Assembly: GCF_044704955.1 (NCBI RefSeq)
Contig: NC_091978.1
Location: 158,410,001-158,474,000 of the forward strand
DNA length: 64,000 nt
Direction: 5' to 3'
Source of the DNA: Pristiophorus japonicus
Taxonomy: Eukaryota
Position numbers and translations under genes: made by a program. The notes under the pieces are model-generated. The model ran no database searches. It saw only the letters and a program-made list of their open reading frames with translations, and was not told the DNA's origin. Numbering within the stretch: position 1 is the stretch's first letter; every line of letters starts with the position of its first letter. Shown here piece by piece: positions 13,553 through 27,879 of the stretch.

Positions 13553-14194
13553 CTAAAGCGAAAGTAAAAGCGTTTAGGACTCAACAATCCAAACACCAGG
13601 TGGGAAATTGCACGGTTGTCGACCCGATGGAGGAGATGCTCATTAATACACAACCCCCAAGCAGTCACTATACAAATAGTAAGATTTTCCCCGTGTACAT
13701 TTTAAAATCCTCTTCAAGGGTCCGAATGGAGCTGCAATTAATCCAGGTTTGTACAAGAGAGGTTCTTAATTTTCTATTAGTGGAAGGTGTGCGATCGTTT
13801 CATAGTAGCTGCTGAAGCTGACCCCGTCAATGATGGCATGGGTCCCTATTCAGCATCATGTAACAAGACAACTTTTACTGGTGCTACCTGTGCCCAACCA
13901 GGGCTTAAACTGGGGCTTGGAATTTCCCCGGGGCTCCTCCATCTCCAGCCAAAGTGCTCCGGTGTTCCCAATTGTTTAATGGCAAATGGTAATCATAGAA
14001 AAGGGAGGGGAGAAAGTAGGGCTTGCGGATTAAGGTAGCTCAATTAGTGACAAGATTGACCAATCATTGATGCCGGGGGTGCGGCCAGCCTCGTTACTGG
14101 AACTTTAATCCTGCCAAGGTCTCGAAAACGGGCAGAGTGCTTCTGGGTGACTAACAGCAAGTATCAAAGTGCCTTGTGCTACTGGTTAAACTAC

Positions 14195-14518
14195 AACTCT
14201 TTGGGGTGGGGGGTGTGGTGGGACAAAATACGTTAAATCAAGTGCCCCCCGATCTGGGGGACACTCCAGACACTTAACTGCCCCTTTTTTTTAAGTTAGT
14301 TTTTTTTTGTGTTTTTTTTTGGGGGGGGGGGGCATTAAAACCATATATTTTACAAGTGCCCCCTATAAAAGGGGAGGGGGACACACAAAATCCAGCAATT
14401 AAAACACATATAAAATCAAATTAAAATTTGGTTGCCGGGGGTGACAATGCACTCCAGTCCCTCCGGCGCCCACCTCTCGCGGAAGGCCGCGAACGTACCG
14501 GTGGACCCAGCGTGCTCC
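14195..14518 (-). mobile_element. Short 3' fragment of a Tx1/L1-clade element in ZAR1 intron 1
   Basis: Closely similar (reverse complement) to ~33015-33350. Flanked by a 14-bp TSD ACTGGTTAAACTAC at 14181-14194 and 14519-14532. Confidence 0.85.
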
Positions 14519-15166
14519 ACTGGTTAAACTACAGCAGTATTCACGTACCACCAGCTTGCACTTCTCTGGACAGATTAGTGGGTCAAATCAATACAAAAAA
14601 AATGGGCGCTCCTCACACGAAAAGCCATTTAGATTGGTCAATAGTTTGCTTTGGAGACTGAGGGGGGGGGGGGGGAAAGAGATATTACGCGAATACATAT
14701 ATCCCACTTCAATGGCTTGCAGTTAATTACTGTCATAACATGGGGAATTTTACATATCTGCATCAAAAATCAGGATCAGTGTTAATGTCCTGATATCTAT
14801 GTCGCTCGATGTCAAATGGTGTTCGCTAACACTCGAAATGCCGAGACACATTTTACGACATGAAAGAAATTCATTTCTATAGCGCCTTTCACGACCACCG
14901 GACGGCTCAAAGCACTTTACAGTGGTCACTATTGTAATGTAGGAAACAATAAAAAGGCGCTATATAAACAAGTTGTAAGATCCACTATAAACCCATTGGC
15001 GATTTAAATTGGAAATTCATTTTCAACAAACTTCACTGGAATACATTGCCAATGGTCCTTCCCGTTTATTACGCCATAGCAATTAGACGGCAATGAAATG
15101 GACGTTATGTAATTTAGTACTCGAACATGTGGGCGGTTTCAAACTTCGGGGAAAGTACGTTCTCAC

Positions 15167-15904
15167 CTGAAATCTCAAGCGTTTCTCGTTTTTGGCGGTG
15201 TTGGCGGTCGGGGTTTCGGTGTCTTGCGCTTTCTCATCTATCACTGTACCTTCAGGCTGGTCAGCAGTTGTCCCACCTTGATCATCCACGGTTGCAGTTC
15301 CTTTCTCCTCAGATTCCTCAACAGGCTCGGATGCGGTTTCCTCCTTTATAGCTTTCTCCACTTCAGGCTCGCTCTTTTCTTCCTGGAGAGGTTTCTCTTG
15401 TGATTCTTTGGAATTTTGTTTTGCAGCATCCCGATCTCCCCGATAGAGGAAGGTATTTAGATTGGGTGACACGATAGGAGAGTAGATGGCCATGGTCCTC
15501 CGGAAGCGAACATTCTTGGGCATACTGGCCGGGCTCCCTTGGACTTGGTTCTGTGAAGCCCGGCGCTTGAATGCACCTTTCCGCCTCATAGTCAACATCA
15601 GGAGTGTCCTGGGACCCAAAGAACATTGCACAGACGCATCGGTTTTGGGGTTAACCTGGACTCCAACATCTTTCGTGTTAGCTTTTCTCACTCTTGGGGT
15701 TAGGTTTGGGTTCACTTGAGACAATATGGCTTTGAGCTGAGCTCGTTGATAGTTGTCGAAGTATTCGCCAGGGTCTCCATAATTGCTCAAGTAATTCCTC
15801 TGTCTCCAACTAGAACCTTTTGGTCGGTTACTTATGTATTGGTAAGAATAAGGATTATACGGTGAATAAATATAATCAAACACATCTTCACCGAGGGTAG
15901 CCAT
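15167..15904 (-). CDS. ZAR1: ZAR1 exon 1 (246 codons, MATLGEDVFDYIYSPYNPY...KRLRFQ)
   Basis: ATG at 15904. Contains the Zar1-family motifs QRAQLKAILSQVNPNLTPR and DVGVQVNPKTDASVQCSLGPRTL. Ends at the phase-0 donor CAG|GTGAGA. Confidence 0.95.
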
Positions 15905-15936
15905 AGTTTTAGGCTGGGGTACCATACCCGTTGCTT

Positions 15937-15946
15937 TATTTAAATA
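15937..15946 (-). promoter_or_regulatory. TATA-like element (TATTTAAATA) upstream of ZAR1
   Basis: Palindromic TATA-like decamer about 33 nt upstream of the ATG. Position only; TSS unknown. Confidence 0.4.
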
Positions 15947-16486
15947 GTCCACCCAACCAGTCAATTGCGAAGTTCCTGCTGGTTAAATCTATTAAAATCA
16001 ATTTGTTTAACAAGCTCCACTCACAGCTTTTGGGAAACTTTTATTAGCAATGAGCGAACAAAACATTACAATTAGAATGGAAACACCTCTGAATGATACA
16101 GTATAACTTCCTGTGGCTCAGAAAATTCTAGAGAAAATTATATTCAGAAATATTGTATATTCATGAAACACCAACACGTTTTAGGTTACCAGCTAGTGTA
16201 TATCGACACACAGCTCTGTCTTGGAGGATCACTATTCTTGACATGTTGAAGATTATCAGAATTTACACCGCCCAGCGGATTACAAACTAGTTAACATTTT
16301 TACACAAACTGCTCATTAAATCACTTTCATTAATTTTGAAATTCATCAATTATACTCATTCCTCAAAACACGAAACACTGGATTGCACAGAGCACGTGAA
16401 AACGCGGATTACCCCATTAAAGGGTTTATTGGCCAACAGCCGTCAATCATTGAGCTTTTGTTAGCCCATTTTATTGCAGTCGTGTT

Positions 16487-17000
16487 TTACATTTGCGGAG
16501 TAGGTTCCATCATAATGGCGTGTTACTCACTCACACTCAGCTCTATAGGCGGAATCACTAATCTCTTCCTCCTTGAGTTACTTATAAGAAATGTCCGTGT
16601 CATTTATCCTGGTCTGGCGGTTCCTGCTTGTGTAACACGTCTCTTCTGAAGATTTTATATCCCAAAACAAAAAGGGCAGCTTCTGTAACTTGGAATAAAG
16701 CGTAGAGCAGAGGGAAGATGTAGATACTGCCAATTATACGGGGAAGGAAGGCTAATTACAGGATGGATGTACAGAGTTGGACATTTTGACATCCAGTTTC
16801 CAAAGAAACTGTCCTTTTGCAATAAGGAGGCAGGTTGAAGAGAGTGCCCAGACCATAACCAGCAGCATATCCAGCGAGCGGCATCAGCAGAGCCACAATG
16901 TACACAGAGGCTGGGATAGTGGCTAGAAGATCAGGTCCCAGCATGGTGCCAGTGAGGGTGAAGAGGATTATTAGAGTAACCATCAAGAACCATAAGGAAC
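16487..17000 (-). pseudogene. SLC10A4: SLC10A4 exon 3, disrupted
   Basis: Reads [25 protein letters not shown]...[43 protein letters not shown]...DTDISYK*LKEEE...IMMEPTPQM*. Stops at 16756-16758 and 16578-16580. Frameshifts at the exon start and near 16603. Confidence 0.92.
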
Positions 17001-17250
17001 CTTAGACAAGGAATATTTTTTTTTTATAAAAAGGACATTTTTTCACCATGTGTTAATTCTATTTCTATTAATTAGTTTGAATATTTTCACGTCCCATTTT
17101 CTAAAAAAAATACCAAGTTGTGTATATTTGGACTCGATGTAAGTTTGGCATGAATGTTCCAATATGTTGTTTGAGGGACGTTAACAGCCTACTCAATATG
17201 GTTGTAAAATGATGATGTAGGTGGGTAGTTCCTTATCAGCAGTAACAAAG

Positions 17251-20200
17251 AAACATAGAAACATAGAAAATAGGTGCAAGAGTAGGCCATTCGGCCCTTT
17301 GAGCCTGCACCACCATTTAATATAATCATGGCTGATCATGCAACTTCAGTACTCCATTCCTGCTTTCTCTCCATACCCCTTGATCCCTTTAGCCATAAGG
17401 ATCACATCTAACTCCCTTTTGAATTTATCTAACGAACTGGCCTCAACAACTTTCTATGGTAGAGAATTCCACACGTTCACAATTCTCTGAGTGAAGAAGT
17501 TTCTCCTCATCTCAGTCCTAAATGGCTTACCCCTTATCCTTAGACTGTGACCCCTGGTTCTGCACTTCCCCAATAGCAGGAACATTCTTCCTGCATCATG
17601 GACAAGGGAGAACCAGTTGATGTGGTATATTTGGACTTTCAGAAGGCTTTCGACAAGATCCCACACAAGAGATTAATGTGCAAAGTTAAAGCACATGGGA
17701 TTGGGGGTAGTGTGCTGACATGGATTGAGAACTGGTTGTCAGACAGGAAGCAAAGAGTAGGAGTAAATGGGGACTTTTCAGAATGGCAGGCAGTGACTAG
17801 TGGGGTACCGCAAGGTTCTGTGCTGGGGCCCCAGCTGTTTACACTGTATATTAATGATTTAGACGAGGGGATTAAATGTAGTATCTCCAAATTTGCGGAT
17901 GACACTAAGTTGGGTGGCAGTGTGAGCTGCGAGGAGGATGCTATGAGGCTGCAGAGCGACTTGGATAGGTTAGATGAGTGGGCAAATGCATGGCAGATGA
18001 AGTATAATGTGGATAAATGTGAGGTTATCCACTTTGGTGGTAAAAACAGAGAGACAGACTATTATCTGAATGGTGACAGATTAGGAAAAGGGGGGGTGCA
18101 ACGAGACCTGGGTGTCATGGTACATCAGTCATTGAAGGTTGGCATACAGGTACAGCAGGCGGTTAAGAAAGCAAATGGCATGTTGGCCTTCATAGCAAGG
18201 GGATTTGAGTACAGGGGCAGGGAGGTGTTGCTACAGTTGTACAGGGCCTTGGTGAGGCCACACCTGGAGTATTGTGTACAGTTTTGGTCTCCTAACCTGA
18301 GGAAGGACATTCTTGCTATTGAGGGAGTGCAGCGAAGGTTCACCAGACTGATTCCCAGGATGGCGGGACTGACCTATCAAGAAAGACTGGATCAACTGGG
18401 CTTGTATTCACTGGAGTTCAGAAGAATGAGAGGGGACCTCATAGAAATGTTTAAAATTCTGATGGGGTTAGACAGGTTAGATGCAGGAAGAATGTTCCCA
18501 ATGTTGGGGAAGTCCAGAACCAGGGGATACAGTCTAAGGATAAGGGGTAAGCCATTTAGGACCGAGATGAGGAGGAATTTCTTCACCCAGAGAGTGGTGA
18601 ACCTGTGGAATTCTCTACCACAGAAAGTTGTTGAGGCCAATTCACTAAATATATTCAAAAAGGAGTTAGATGAAGTCCTTACTACTTGGGGAATCAAGGG
18701 GTATGGTGAGAAAGCAGGAATGGGATACTGAAGTTGCATGTTCAGCCATGAACTCATTGAATGGCGGTGCAGTCTAGAAGGGCCGAATGGCCTACTCCTG
18801 CACCTATTTTCTATGTTTCTTTCTATCTAACCTGTCCAATCCCTTCAGAATTTTAAGTTTCTATGAGATCCCCTCTCATTCTTCTAAATTCCAATGAATA
18901 TAAGCCGAGTCGATCCAGTCTTTCTTCATATGTCAGTCCTGCCATCCCGGGAATCAGTCTGGTGAACCTTCGCTGCACTCCCTCAATAGCAAGAATGTCC
19001 TTCCTCAGATTAAGAGACCAAAACTGCACACAATATTCAAGGTGTGGTCTCACCAAGGACCTGTACAGCTGCAGTAAGACCTCCCTGCTCCTATACTCAA
19101 ATCCTCTCGCTATGAAGACCAGCATGCCATTTGCCTTCTTTACTGCCTGCTGTACCTGCATGCCTACCTTGAATGACTGATGTACCACAACACCCAGGTC
19201 TCGTTGCACCTCCCCTTTTACTAATCTGTCACCATTCAGATAATAATCTGCTTTCCTGTTTTTGCAACCAAAGTGGATAACCTCACACTTATCCACATTA
19301 TACTGCATCTGTCCATGCATTTGTCCATTCACCTAACCTGTCCAAGCCCCCCTGCAGCCCCCTAGCATCCTCCTCGCAGCTCACACTGCCACCCAGCTTG
19401 GTGTCATCTGCAAACTTGAAGATATTACATTCAATTCCTTTGTCTAAATCATTAATGTATATTGTAAATAGCTGGGGTCCCAGCACTGAGCCCTGTGGCA
19501 CCCTACCAGTCACTGCCTGCCATTCTGAAAAGGACCCGTTTATTCCTACTCTTTGCTTTTGTCTGCCAACCAGTTCCCTATCCAAGTCAATACATTACCC
19601 CCAATACCATGTGCCTTAATTTTGCACACTAATCCCTTGTGTGGGACCTTGTCAAAAGCCTTTTGAAAGTCCAAATACACCACATCCACTGGTTCTCCCT
19701 TATCCACTCTACTAGTTACATCCTCAAAAAATTCTGGAAGATTTGTCAAGCATGATTTCCCTTTCATAAATCCATGCTGACTTGGACCGATCCTGTCACT
19801 GCTTTCCAAATGCACTGCTATTACATCTTTAATAATTGATTCCAACATTTTCCCTACTACCGATGTCAGGCTAACTCGTCTCTCTCCCTCCTTTTTAAAA
19901 AAGTGGCATTACATTAGCTACCCTCCAATCCATAGGAACTGAACCAGAGTCTATTGACTGTTGGAAAATGACTACCAATGCATCCACTATTTCTAGGGCC
20001 ACTTCCTTAAGTACTATAGGATGCAGACTATCAGGCCCTGGTGATTTGTCGGCCTTCAGTCCCTTCAATTTCCCTAACACCATTTCCTGACTAATAAGGA
20101 TTTCCCTCAGTTCCCCCTTCTCGCTAGACCCTCGGTCCCCTGGTATTTTCGGGAGGTTATTCGTGTCTTCCTTAGTGAAGACAGAACCAAAGTATTTGTT

Positions 20201-20520
20201 CAATTGGTCTGCCATTTCCTTGTTCCCCATTATGAATTCCCCTGATTCTGACTGCAAGGGACCTACATTAGTCTTCACTAATCTTTTTCTCTTCACATAT
20301 CTATAGAAGATTTTATGTTCCCTGCAAGCTTACTCTCATACTCTATTTTTCCCCTCCTAATTAAACCCTTAGTCCTCCTCTGCTGATTTCTAAATTTCTC
20401 CCAGTCCTCAGGTTTGCTACTTTTTCTGGCCAATTTATATGCCTCTTCCTTGGATTTAACACTTTCCCTAATTTCCCTTGTTAGCCACGGTTGAGCCACC
20501 TTCCCCTTTTTACTCTTATG
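17251..20520 (-). mobile_element. CR1 LINE (minus strand) split by an oppositely oriented CR1, in SLC10A4 intron 2
   Basis: The minus-strand CR1 sequence AACATTCTTCCTGCATC|TAACCTGTCC is interrupted at ~17597 and resumes at ~18825. Confidence 0.88.
17598..18824 (+). mobile_element. Young 5'-truncated CR1 with an uninterrupted 377-aa RT C-terminal ORF
   Basis: ORF 17598-18731 with YLDFQKAFD, GVPQGSVLGP and KFADD. The 3' UTR ends TTCTATGTTTCT. Confidence 0.93.
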
Positions 20521-21612
20521 CCCCAGAATTCACAGTAGTAATGTCAGCTCCAAGAAATTTTCTGGATGATGAACGCAGAGTTATATAGGGTAACTCTCTG
20601 AGAATGTCAAACAAGAAACAATATATATCTACATCAGGATAGGGTTTCAACCGATGGTTCAGGAAATTCTAAATTTACATTATTTATAAAAAGAAAAAAA
20701 CTGTAAAAGCTCAAAATCTGAGCAAAGATGCACACCTGAAACATTAAACTCGGAGGAAAAATAAATTAATCCATTTCAGTGGAAAGGATTACAGCAAACT
20801 ACACTGGTGGGGTAAAGCTAACACCAGGGGTGAGCGAGAATCTGCCAGGTACAGTAATAAGGATATGTGAAAAGGGGGGATTTTAAAATAAAACTTATTT
20901 CAAAATCTGAGTGAGTAAACATAATGTAGGATTGATTCAAGTGAAGCCACACGAGGCAATGCACATCTTGATTTGGTAATGGTGAGTGACCCAGATAACA
21001 TATTATGCAGGCAAGGGGAGTTCTAGATGGATGATACCAATCACAGAATAAAGTTCAATAGGATTTGGAATACATTAATACCAAGGACCAACAATCAGGC
21101 TTGCAATTTTAAAAAACCCAACTTCAAGAGAATGAGTGAAGTACCTAAACAAATAATGGAAATTGTTTAACAACACTTCAGCTGAGGATAGATCAAAAAT
21201 CAAATGGGGGTGCTTTTCAGTTTGTGTGCTCACAGTCATTTTACTATTGAGGAAGGAGGGGAGGTTGGAAAATCCAGCAGCTTCTCTGTGGAGCCAAGCA
21301 TAAATAGACCATTAAAGCGGAAGGAGGCAGTCTTTGGGAAGGGAGAAATAAAGGAACTGGCAGTGGATAGAAGATTTTTGTGGGGCCAGGAAGAGCATTC
21401 GTAGTACCTGAAAATTGCATCAGATACTGCTCACCTGTTTACCGGCCTGTTCCATAATTGCGGTGATCTGGAGGAATTCTGATCCTGTCCTGGAATTATC
21501 TGAACTTTATAGCCCTAACTTAATGATCATGATAAAATGGGACTGTTTGTTATGGTTAAAACCCAGCACAGATCTCCAAACATTGCCCTTACACTGGGAC
21601 TTTTGAGGTTAT

Positions 21613-24600
21613 GATTTCATAGAATCATAGAAAATTACGACACAGAAGGAGGCCATGTGGCCCATCGTGTCCATGCAGGCCGAAAAAGAGTTACCCAGCC
21701 TAATCTCATCTTCCAGCACTAGGTTACGGCTCTTTAAGTGTACATCCAAGACCCTTTTAAATGTGATGAGGGTTTCTGCCTTTACAACCATTTGAGGCAG
21801 TGAGTTCCAGACTCCCACTTTTCTGCCCAACTGACCAGTTCATCAATATCTTCCTGCAGTCTAGAGCTTTCCTCCTCACTGTCAACCACACGGCCAATCT
21901 TTGTATCAACTGAAAAGTATTTATCATGCCCCCTATATTTAAGTCCAAATCATTATTGTATACTACAAAAAGTAAGGGACCAAGTACTGAGCCCTGTGGA
22001 ACCCAACTGGAAACAGCCTTCCAGTCACAAAAACTTCCCTTAACCATTGCCCTTTGCTTCCTGCCACTGAGGTGAAGCAATGTTTCCTCATCTCCCCTCT
22101 AATCCTTCTACCAACTACTTTAAATCTATGCCCCCTGGTTATTTGACCCCTCTGCTAAGGGAAATAGGTCCTTCATATCCACTCTATCTAAACCCCTCAA
22201 AATTTTATATACCTCAATTAAATCTCCCCTTAGCCCAATCTGTTCCAAGGAAAACATTCTCAGCCTATCCAATCTTTCCTCATAGCTAAAGTTTTCCAGT
22301 CCTGGTAACATCGTAAATCTCCTCTGCACACTTTCTAGTGCAATCACATCCTTCCTGTAATGTGGTGACTAAAACTGCACGCAGTACTCAAGCTATGGCC
22401 CAACTAGTTTTGTATACAGTTCTAGCATAACTTCCCTGCTCTTGTATTCTATGCCTCGGCTAATAAAGGAAAGCATTCCGTATGCCTTTTTAACTACCTT
22501 ATCAACCTGTCCTGCTACCTTTAAATATCTGTACATAAGAACATAAGAAAATAAGAAATAGGAACAGGAGTAGGCCATACGGCCCCTCGAGCCTGCTCCA
22601 CTATTCAATAAAATCATGGCTGATCTGATCATGGACTCAGCTCCACTTCCCTGCCCGCTCCCCATAACCCTTTATCTCCTTATCATTTAAGAAACTGTCT
22701 TAAACTGTGTTAAATTTATTCAATGTCCCAGCTTCCACAGCTCTCTGAGGCAGTGAATTCCACAGACTTACAACCCTCTGAGAGAAGAAATTTCTCCTCA
22801 TTTCTGTTTTAAGTGGGTGGCCCTTATTCTAAGTTCATGCCCTCTAGTTCTAGTCTCCCCCATCAGTGGAAACATCCTCTCTACATCCATCTTGTCAAGC
22901 CCCCTCATAATCTTATACGTTTTGATAAGATCACCTCTCATTCTTCTGAATTCCAATGAGTAGAGGCCCAACCTACTCAACCTTTCCTCATAAGTCAACC
23001 CCCTCATCTCCGGAATCAACCTAGTGAACCTTCTCTGAACTGCCTCCAAAGCAAGTATATCCTTTCATAAAAATGGAAACCAAAACTGCACACAGTATTC
23101 CAGGTGTGGCCTCACCAATGCCCTGTATAACTGTAGCAAGACTTCTCTGCTTTTATACTCCATCCCCTTTGCAGTAAAGTCCAACATTCCATTGGCCTTC
23201 CTGATCACTTGCTGTACCTGCATACTATCCTTTTGTGTTTCATGCACAAGTACCCCCAGGTCCCGCTGTACTGCAGCACTTTGCAATCTTTCTCCATTTA
23301 AATAATAACTTGCTCTTTGATTTTTTTCTACCAAAGTGCATGACCTCACACTTTCCAACATTATACTCCATCTACCAAACTTTTGCCCACTCACTTAGCC
23401 TGTCTATGTCCTTTTGCAGATTTTTTGTGTCCTCACACATTGCTTTTCCTCCCATCTTTGTATCGTCAGCAAACTTGGCTACGTTACACTCAGTCCCTTT
23501 TTCCAAGTCATTAATATAGGTTGTAAATAGTTGGGGTCCCAGCATTGATCCCTGTGGCACCCCACTAGTTACTGGTCTGTAGACATATGAGCCAAAGTCC
23601 CTCTGTTCCACCACACCTCTCAGTATCCTCCCATTTATTGTGGATTCCCTTGTTTTGTTGCTCCTCTCCAAATGCATTACCTCACACTTTTCCGGATTGA
23701 ATTCCATTTGCCACTTTTATGTCCAAGTGACCAGTTCATCGATATCTTCCCGCAGTCTAGAGCTTTCCTCCTCACTGTCAACCACATGGCCAATTTTTGT
23801 ATCATCTGCAAATTTCTTTATCATGCTCCCTACATTTAAGTCTAAAAATTGGAAAACGGCAAATGTAATGCCCCTATTTAAAAAAGGAGGCAGACAAAAA
23901 GCAGGAAACTACAGACCAGTTAGCCTAACATCTGTGGTTGGAAAAATGCTGGAGTCCATTAATAAAGAAGCAGTAGCAGGGCATTTGGAAAAGCATAATT
24001 CAGTCAGGCAGAGTCAGCATGGATTTATGAAGAAGTTACGTTTGACAAATTTGCTGGAATTCTTTGAGGATGTAACGAGCAGGGTGGATAAAGGGGAACC
24101 AGTGGATTTGGTGTTTTTGGACTTCCAGAAGGTATTTGATAAGGTGCCACATAAAAAGTTACTGCACAAGATAAAAGTTAACGGGTTGGGGGTAATATAT
24201 TAGCATGGATAGAAGATTGGCTAACTAACAGAAAACAGAGAGTCGGGATAAATGGTTCATTCTCGGGTTGGCAACCAGTAACTAGTGGGGTGCCACAGGG
24301 ATCAGTGCTGGAACCCTAACTATTTACAATCTATATTAATGACTTGGATGAAGGGACCGAGTGTAACGTAGCCAAGTTTGCTAATGATAAAAGATGGGAG
24401 GAAAAGCAATGTGTAAGGAAGACACAAAAAATCTGCAAAAGGACATAGACAGGCTAAGTGAGTGGGCAAAAGTTTGGCAGATGGAGTATAATTTTGGAAA
24501 GTGTGAGGTTATGCACTTTGACACAAAAAATCAAAGAGCAAGTTATTATTTAAATGGAGAAAGATTGCAAAGTGCTCCAGTACAGTGGGACCTGGGGAGT

Positions 24601-25650
24601 CCTGGTGCATGAAACACAAAAGGTTAATATGCAGGTACAGCACGTGATCAGGAAGGCCAATTAAATATTGGACTTTATTGCAAAGGGGATGGAGTATAAA
24701 AGCAGTGAAGTCTTGCTACAGTTATACAGGGTATTGGTGAGGCCACACCTGGAATACTGCATACAGTTTTGGTTTCCATATTTAAGAAAGGATATACTTG
24801 CTTCGGAGGCAGTTCAGAGAAGGTTCACAAGGTTGATTCCGGAGATGAGGGGGTTGACTTATGAGGAAAGGTTGAGTAGGTTGGGCCTCTAATCATTGGA
24901 ATTCAGAAGAATGAGAGGTGATCTTATCAAAACGTATAAGATTATGAGGGGGCTTAACAAGGTGGATGCAGAGAGGATGTTTCCACTGATAGGGGAGACT
25001 AGAACTAGGAAGCATAAAACTGAGATGAGGAGGAATTTCCTCTCTCAGAGGGTTATAAATCTGTGGAATTTGTTGCATCAGAGAGCCGTGGAAGCTGGGT
25101 CATTGAATAAATTTAAGACAGAGATAGACAGTTTCTTAACCAATAAGGGATAGGGGTTATGGGAGTGGGCAGGGAAGTGGACCTGAGTCCATGATCGGAT
25201 CAGCCATGATCCAATCATGGGCATACATATTAAGCGGTAGGCGACTTAATAGTGTAGATGAACGAAGGGACCTTGGAGTGCTCGTCCACAGATTCCTGAA
25301 ATTAGCAGGGCAGGTGGAGAAGGTGGTTAAGAAGGCATACAGAATGCTTGCCTTTATTGGCTGAGCAATAGAATATAAGAGCAGGGAGGTTATGCTTGAA
25401 ATTGTATAATACTTTGATTAGGCCACAGATGGAGTATTGCGTGCAGTTCTGGTCACCATATTATAGGAAGGATGTGATTGCACTAGAGAGGGTGCAGAGG
25501 AGATTTAGTAGGATGCTGCCTGGAATGGAGAATCTTAGTTATGAGGACAGATTGGATAGGCTGGATTTGTTTTCATTGGAACAGAGGAGGTTGAGAGGAG
25601 ACCTCATTGAGGTGTACAAAATATTGAGGGGCCTGGATATAGTGGAACAG
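21613..25650. mobile_element. Cluster of nested CR1 fragments of several subfamilies in both orientations
   Basis: RT C-terminal peptides on the minus strand (21613-23845) and the plus strand (23845-25650), with different microsatellite tails. Confidence 0.85.
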
Positions 25651-26044
25651 GAACTAACAAAGATATAAAATTCCCAAATGGTATAGTCAAATAAACACTT
25701 CACAGTAACATTCAGAACTGAACCTTGCAATTGCAGAAGTTCTGTTTACCATAAGTGGAAGTAAAACGAAGAAGTTGATTGATTTAAAAGTCCCCAAACC
25801 AAGGTTTCACCCAAGTAGACATTTTACAGTTGGAGAACTTTGGGTTTTGGATCACAGTTGTAGTGTGCTGGCCTGAATATCTGATTTACTTTTTATTTCC
25901 AGTGATTTCTGGCAAGGATAACACTGCTCAAAGACATGTGAGTTGTTATGTATCTTTGTTTTCTGCAATACTTTTATATATAAATTATTAAGATAAGATA
26001 TTGTTGTGAGATCTTTAACATCTACATGAATCACAGGAACAGAT

Positions 26045-26200
26045 AGATGGTGCCTCAGTTTAACATTTTATCCAAAGGACAGCACCACCGACTGCACTGG
26101 AAGGTCAGCATAGATTATGTACACACATTGATAATGGGGCTTGAACCCACAACCATCTGAGTCAGAGGCAAGAGTGTCACCATCTGACCCAAACTGACTC
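26045..26200 (-). mobile_element. 5' part of the same tRNA-derived SINE family
   Basis: Matches 7720-7860 (GGGCTTGAACCCACAACC B-box region). Confidence 0.6.
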
Positions 26201-27109
26201 ATTTACTAGTACTGTATTGGTCTTTTTGGTATTTCACAATAGTGAGAGAAATAATAACATTACATTTAAAACTTTGCATGCATTTATATTGTTAAACTTC
26301 TACACAAAATAATTATGATTGTTTATACAGGTCAGATATGAAAGGTGTTAATACTGAATTACAGTTGTAGCCATTGAAATAATGTAAGATTATACTATCA
26401 CTCTTGTGTTGATGCAAAGTGGTTTTGGATGCACATTGATGCAAATGTTGTATAATTTGGGAATTATATTCTGCAATGACTTCTTAACACACCCAAGGAA
26501 AGTGGGTATGAACCCTTCTCTAAGATGTTGTCTCATACTACTTGGGTTTCACACAAGGTGAGTATAACTCCAGTCAGGTGTGAAGACATTTTTTTAAAGG
26601 ACTGTTGGATCCCCTAGTTATTTTATAAATCTAGTATGAAGTGTTTTAATATTATGACAAAGCAAATGGTATGGTCCACTCTTTAACAAATTAAGGATTA
26701 GCTTTTGAGGAGTAGAGTATTGCACTTTCATCCAAGCATGCATGTGCATAGTTCTCTTCTGGGATGCAGAGTGTGAGTGGCAACTGGCAGAATAACTTCA
26801 ATTTTGCCAGCTGCACTTTGCAATCTATGGCCACTAGTGTCAGACCTGTAGTGCGGTATAAACACAGCCTACAGATTTGGATCGAAAAAGTAGTTCAATG
26901 GCAAAAGAACAGCCAACGGTAAACTGGGGGGCATTGATTTCCTCAATGGGTAAATATTAAGAATATATTGGATATACTTAATTTCAAAAGGGGAGTTGTT
27001 ACTCGTTTTTAATAGCTGATTACCGCACAGGATTGGCACATCTAGTGTTGGGATGTGGCGTTATAATAATCTTCTTGTGATTAATTTGGTTGGATCCCAC
27101 ATCTCAGTA

Positions 27110-27300
27110 AAGAAACAATGCTGGAACACCCAGCAGGTCAGAACAGGCCAGTTAACATTTCGGGTGCGGATCCTAGTTTTTGAAGAAGGGTTAGCGCCCA
27201 AAACATTAACTGGTCTTCTCGCCACAGATGCTGCCTGATTTGCTGAGTGTTTCTAGCAGATTCTGATTTTTATTTCAGGTCTCCAGCATCTGTTGTTTTC
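27110..27300. repeat. Penelope-like terminal-repeat fragments in inverted arrangement
   Basis: ATGCTGGAACACCCAGCAGGTCAG is followed by its imperfect reverse complement CTGATTTGCTGAGTGTTTCTAGCAG. Same family as 42066-42330 and 53225-53330. Confidence 0.55.
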
Positions 27301-27879
27301 ATTCCTTTTGTTCTCAATGTTCAGCGCGTGAGCCCAGTTCCTTCGACAGAGCTGCAAGAGTCCAATTGTTATCGGGTCGATTTGCCCTGTTATTTGTGTT
27401 TTGCAAATCACACATGAAGAAACTGGAGCCTCGGTGCGTCAATTCCGATTGGCAATAAATTGAAAAGAAAAATCTATAAAAAAAAGCGAGCAAGGCCCAG
27501 TAAATCCGTTTATTTCTTTAGTTGATAAGGAAATAAATGACCGTGTAATTATGCTGGCTGGACGAATAGTGTCTGCTCGGGGTGAATTGATTATTTTCAA
27601 TCTGGTATATCTGCAGGCATCCCAGACTGTGCATTTAAAATATATTGTATGCTTTTGCTAGTTTTACATGATCAAATCATCTTTACTGATCCGATTCATA
27701 TTTGAATTTCATACAATTGACTACAATATGTGCTTCACTCAGAAGACAGAAACAGCTGCCCGATTCTTGACCTTAGCTGGTCTTCGTTGAGCAAACAAAA
27801 GTGAGGATGTTTGTAATCAGTGTCAGCAGGTTTACACAAGGGACAGACACTGCTCGCCCATCCATTCCGGTCACCTTAC

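Noticed and set aside
15905-15964. N-terminal extension of the ZAR1 ORF (MTGWVDY...) and its read-through tail VRTYFPRS...
   Set aside because: The ORF-finder start is a non-ATG codon. Homology begins at MATLGE (15904), and the tail lies beyond the GTGAGA donor at 15166.
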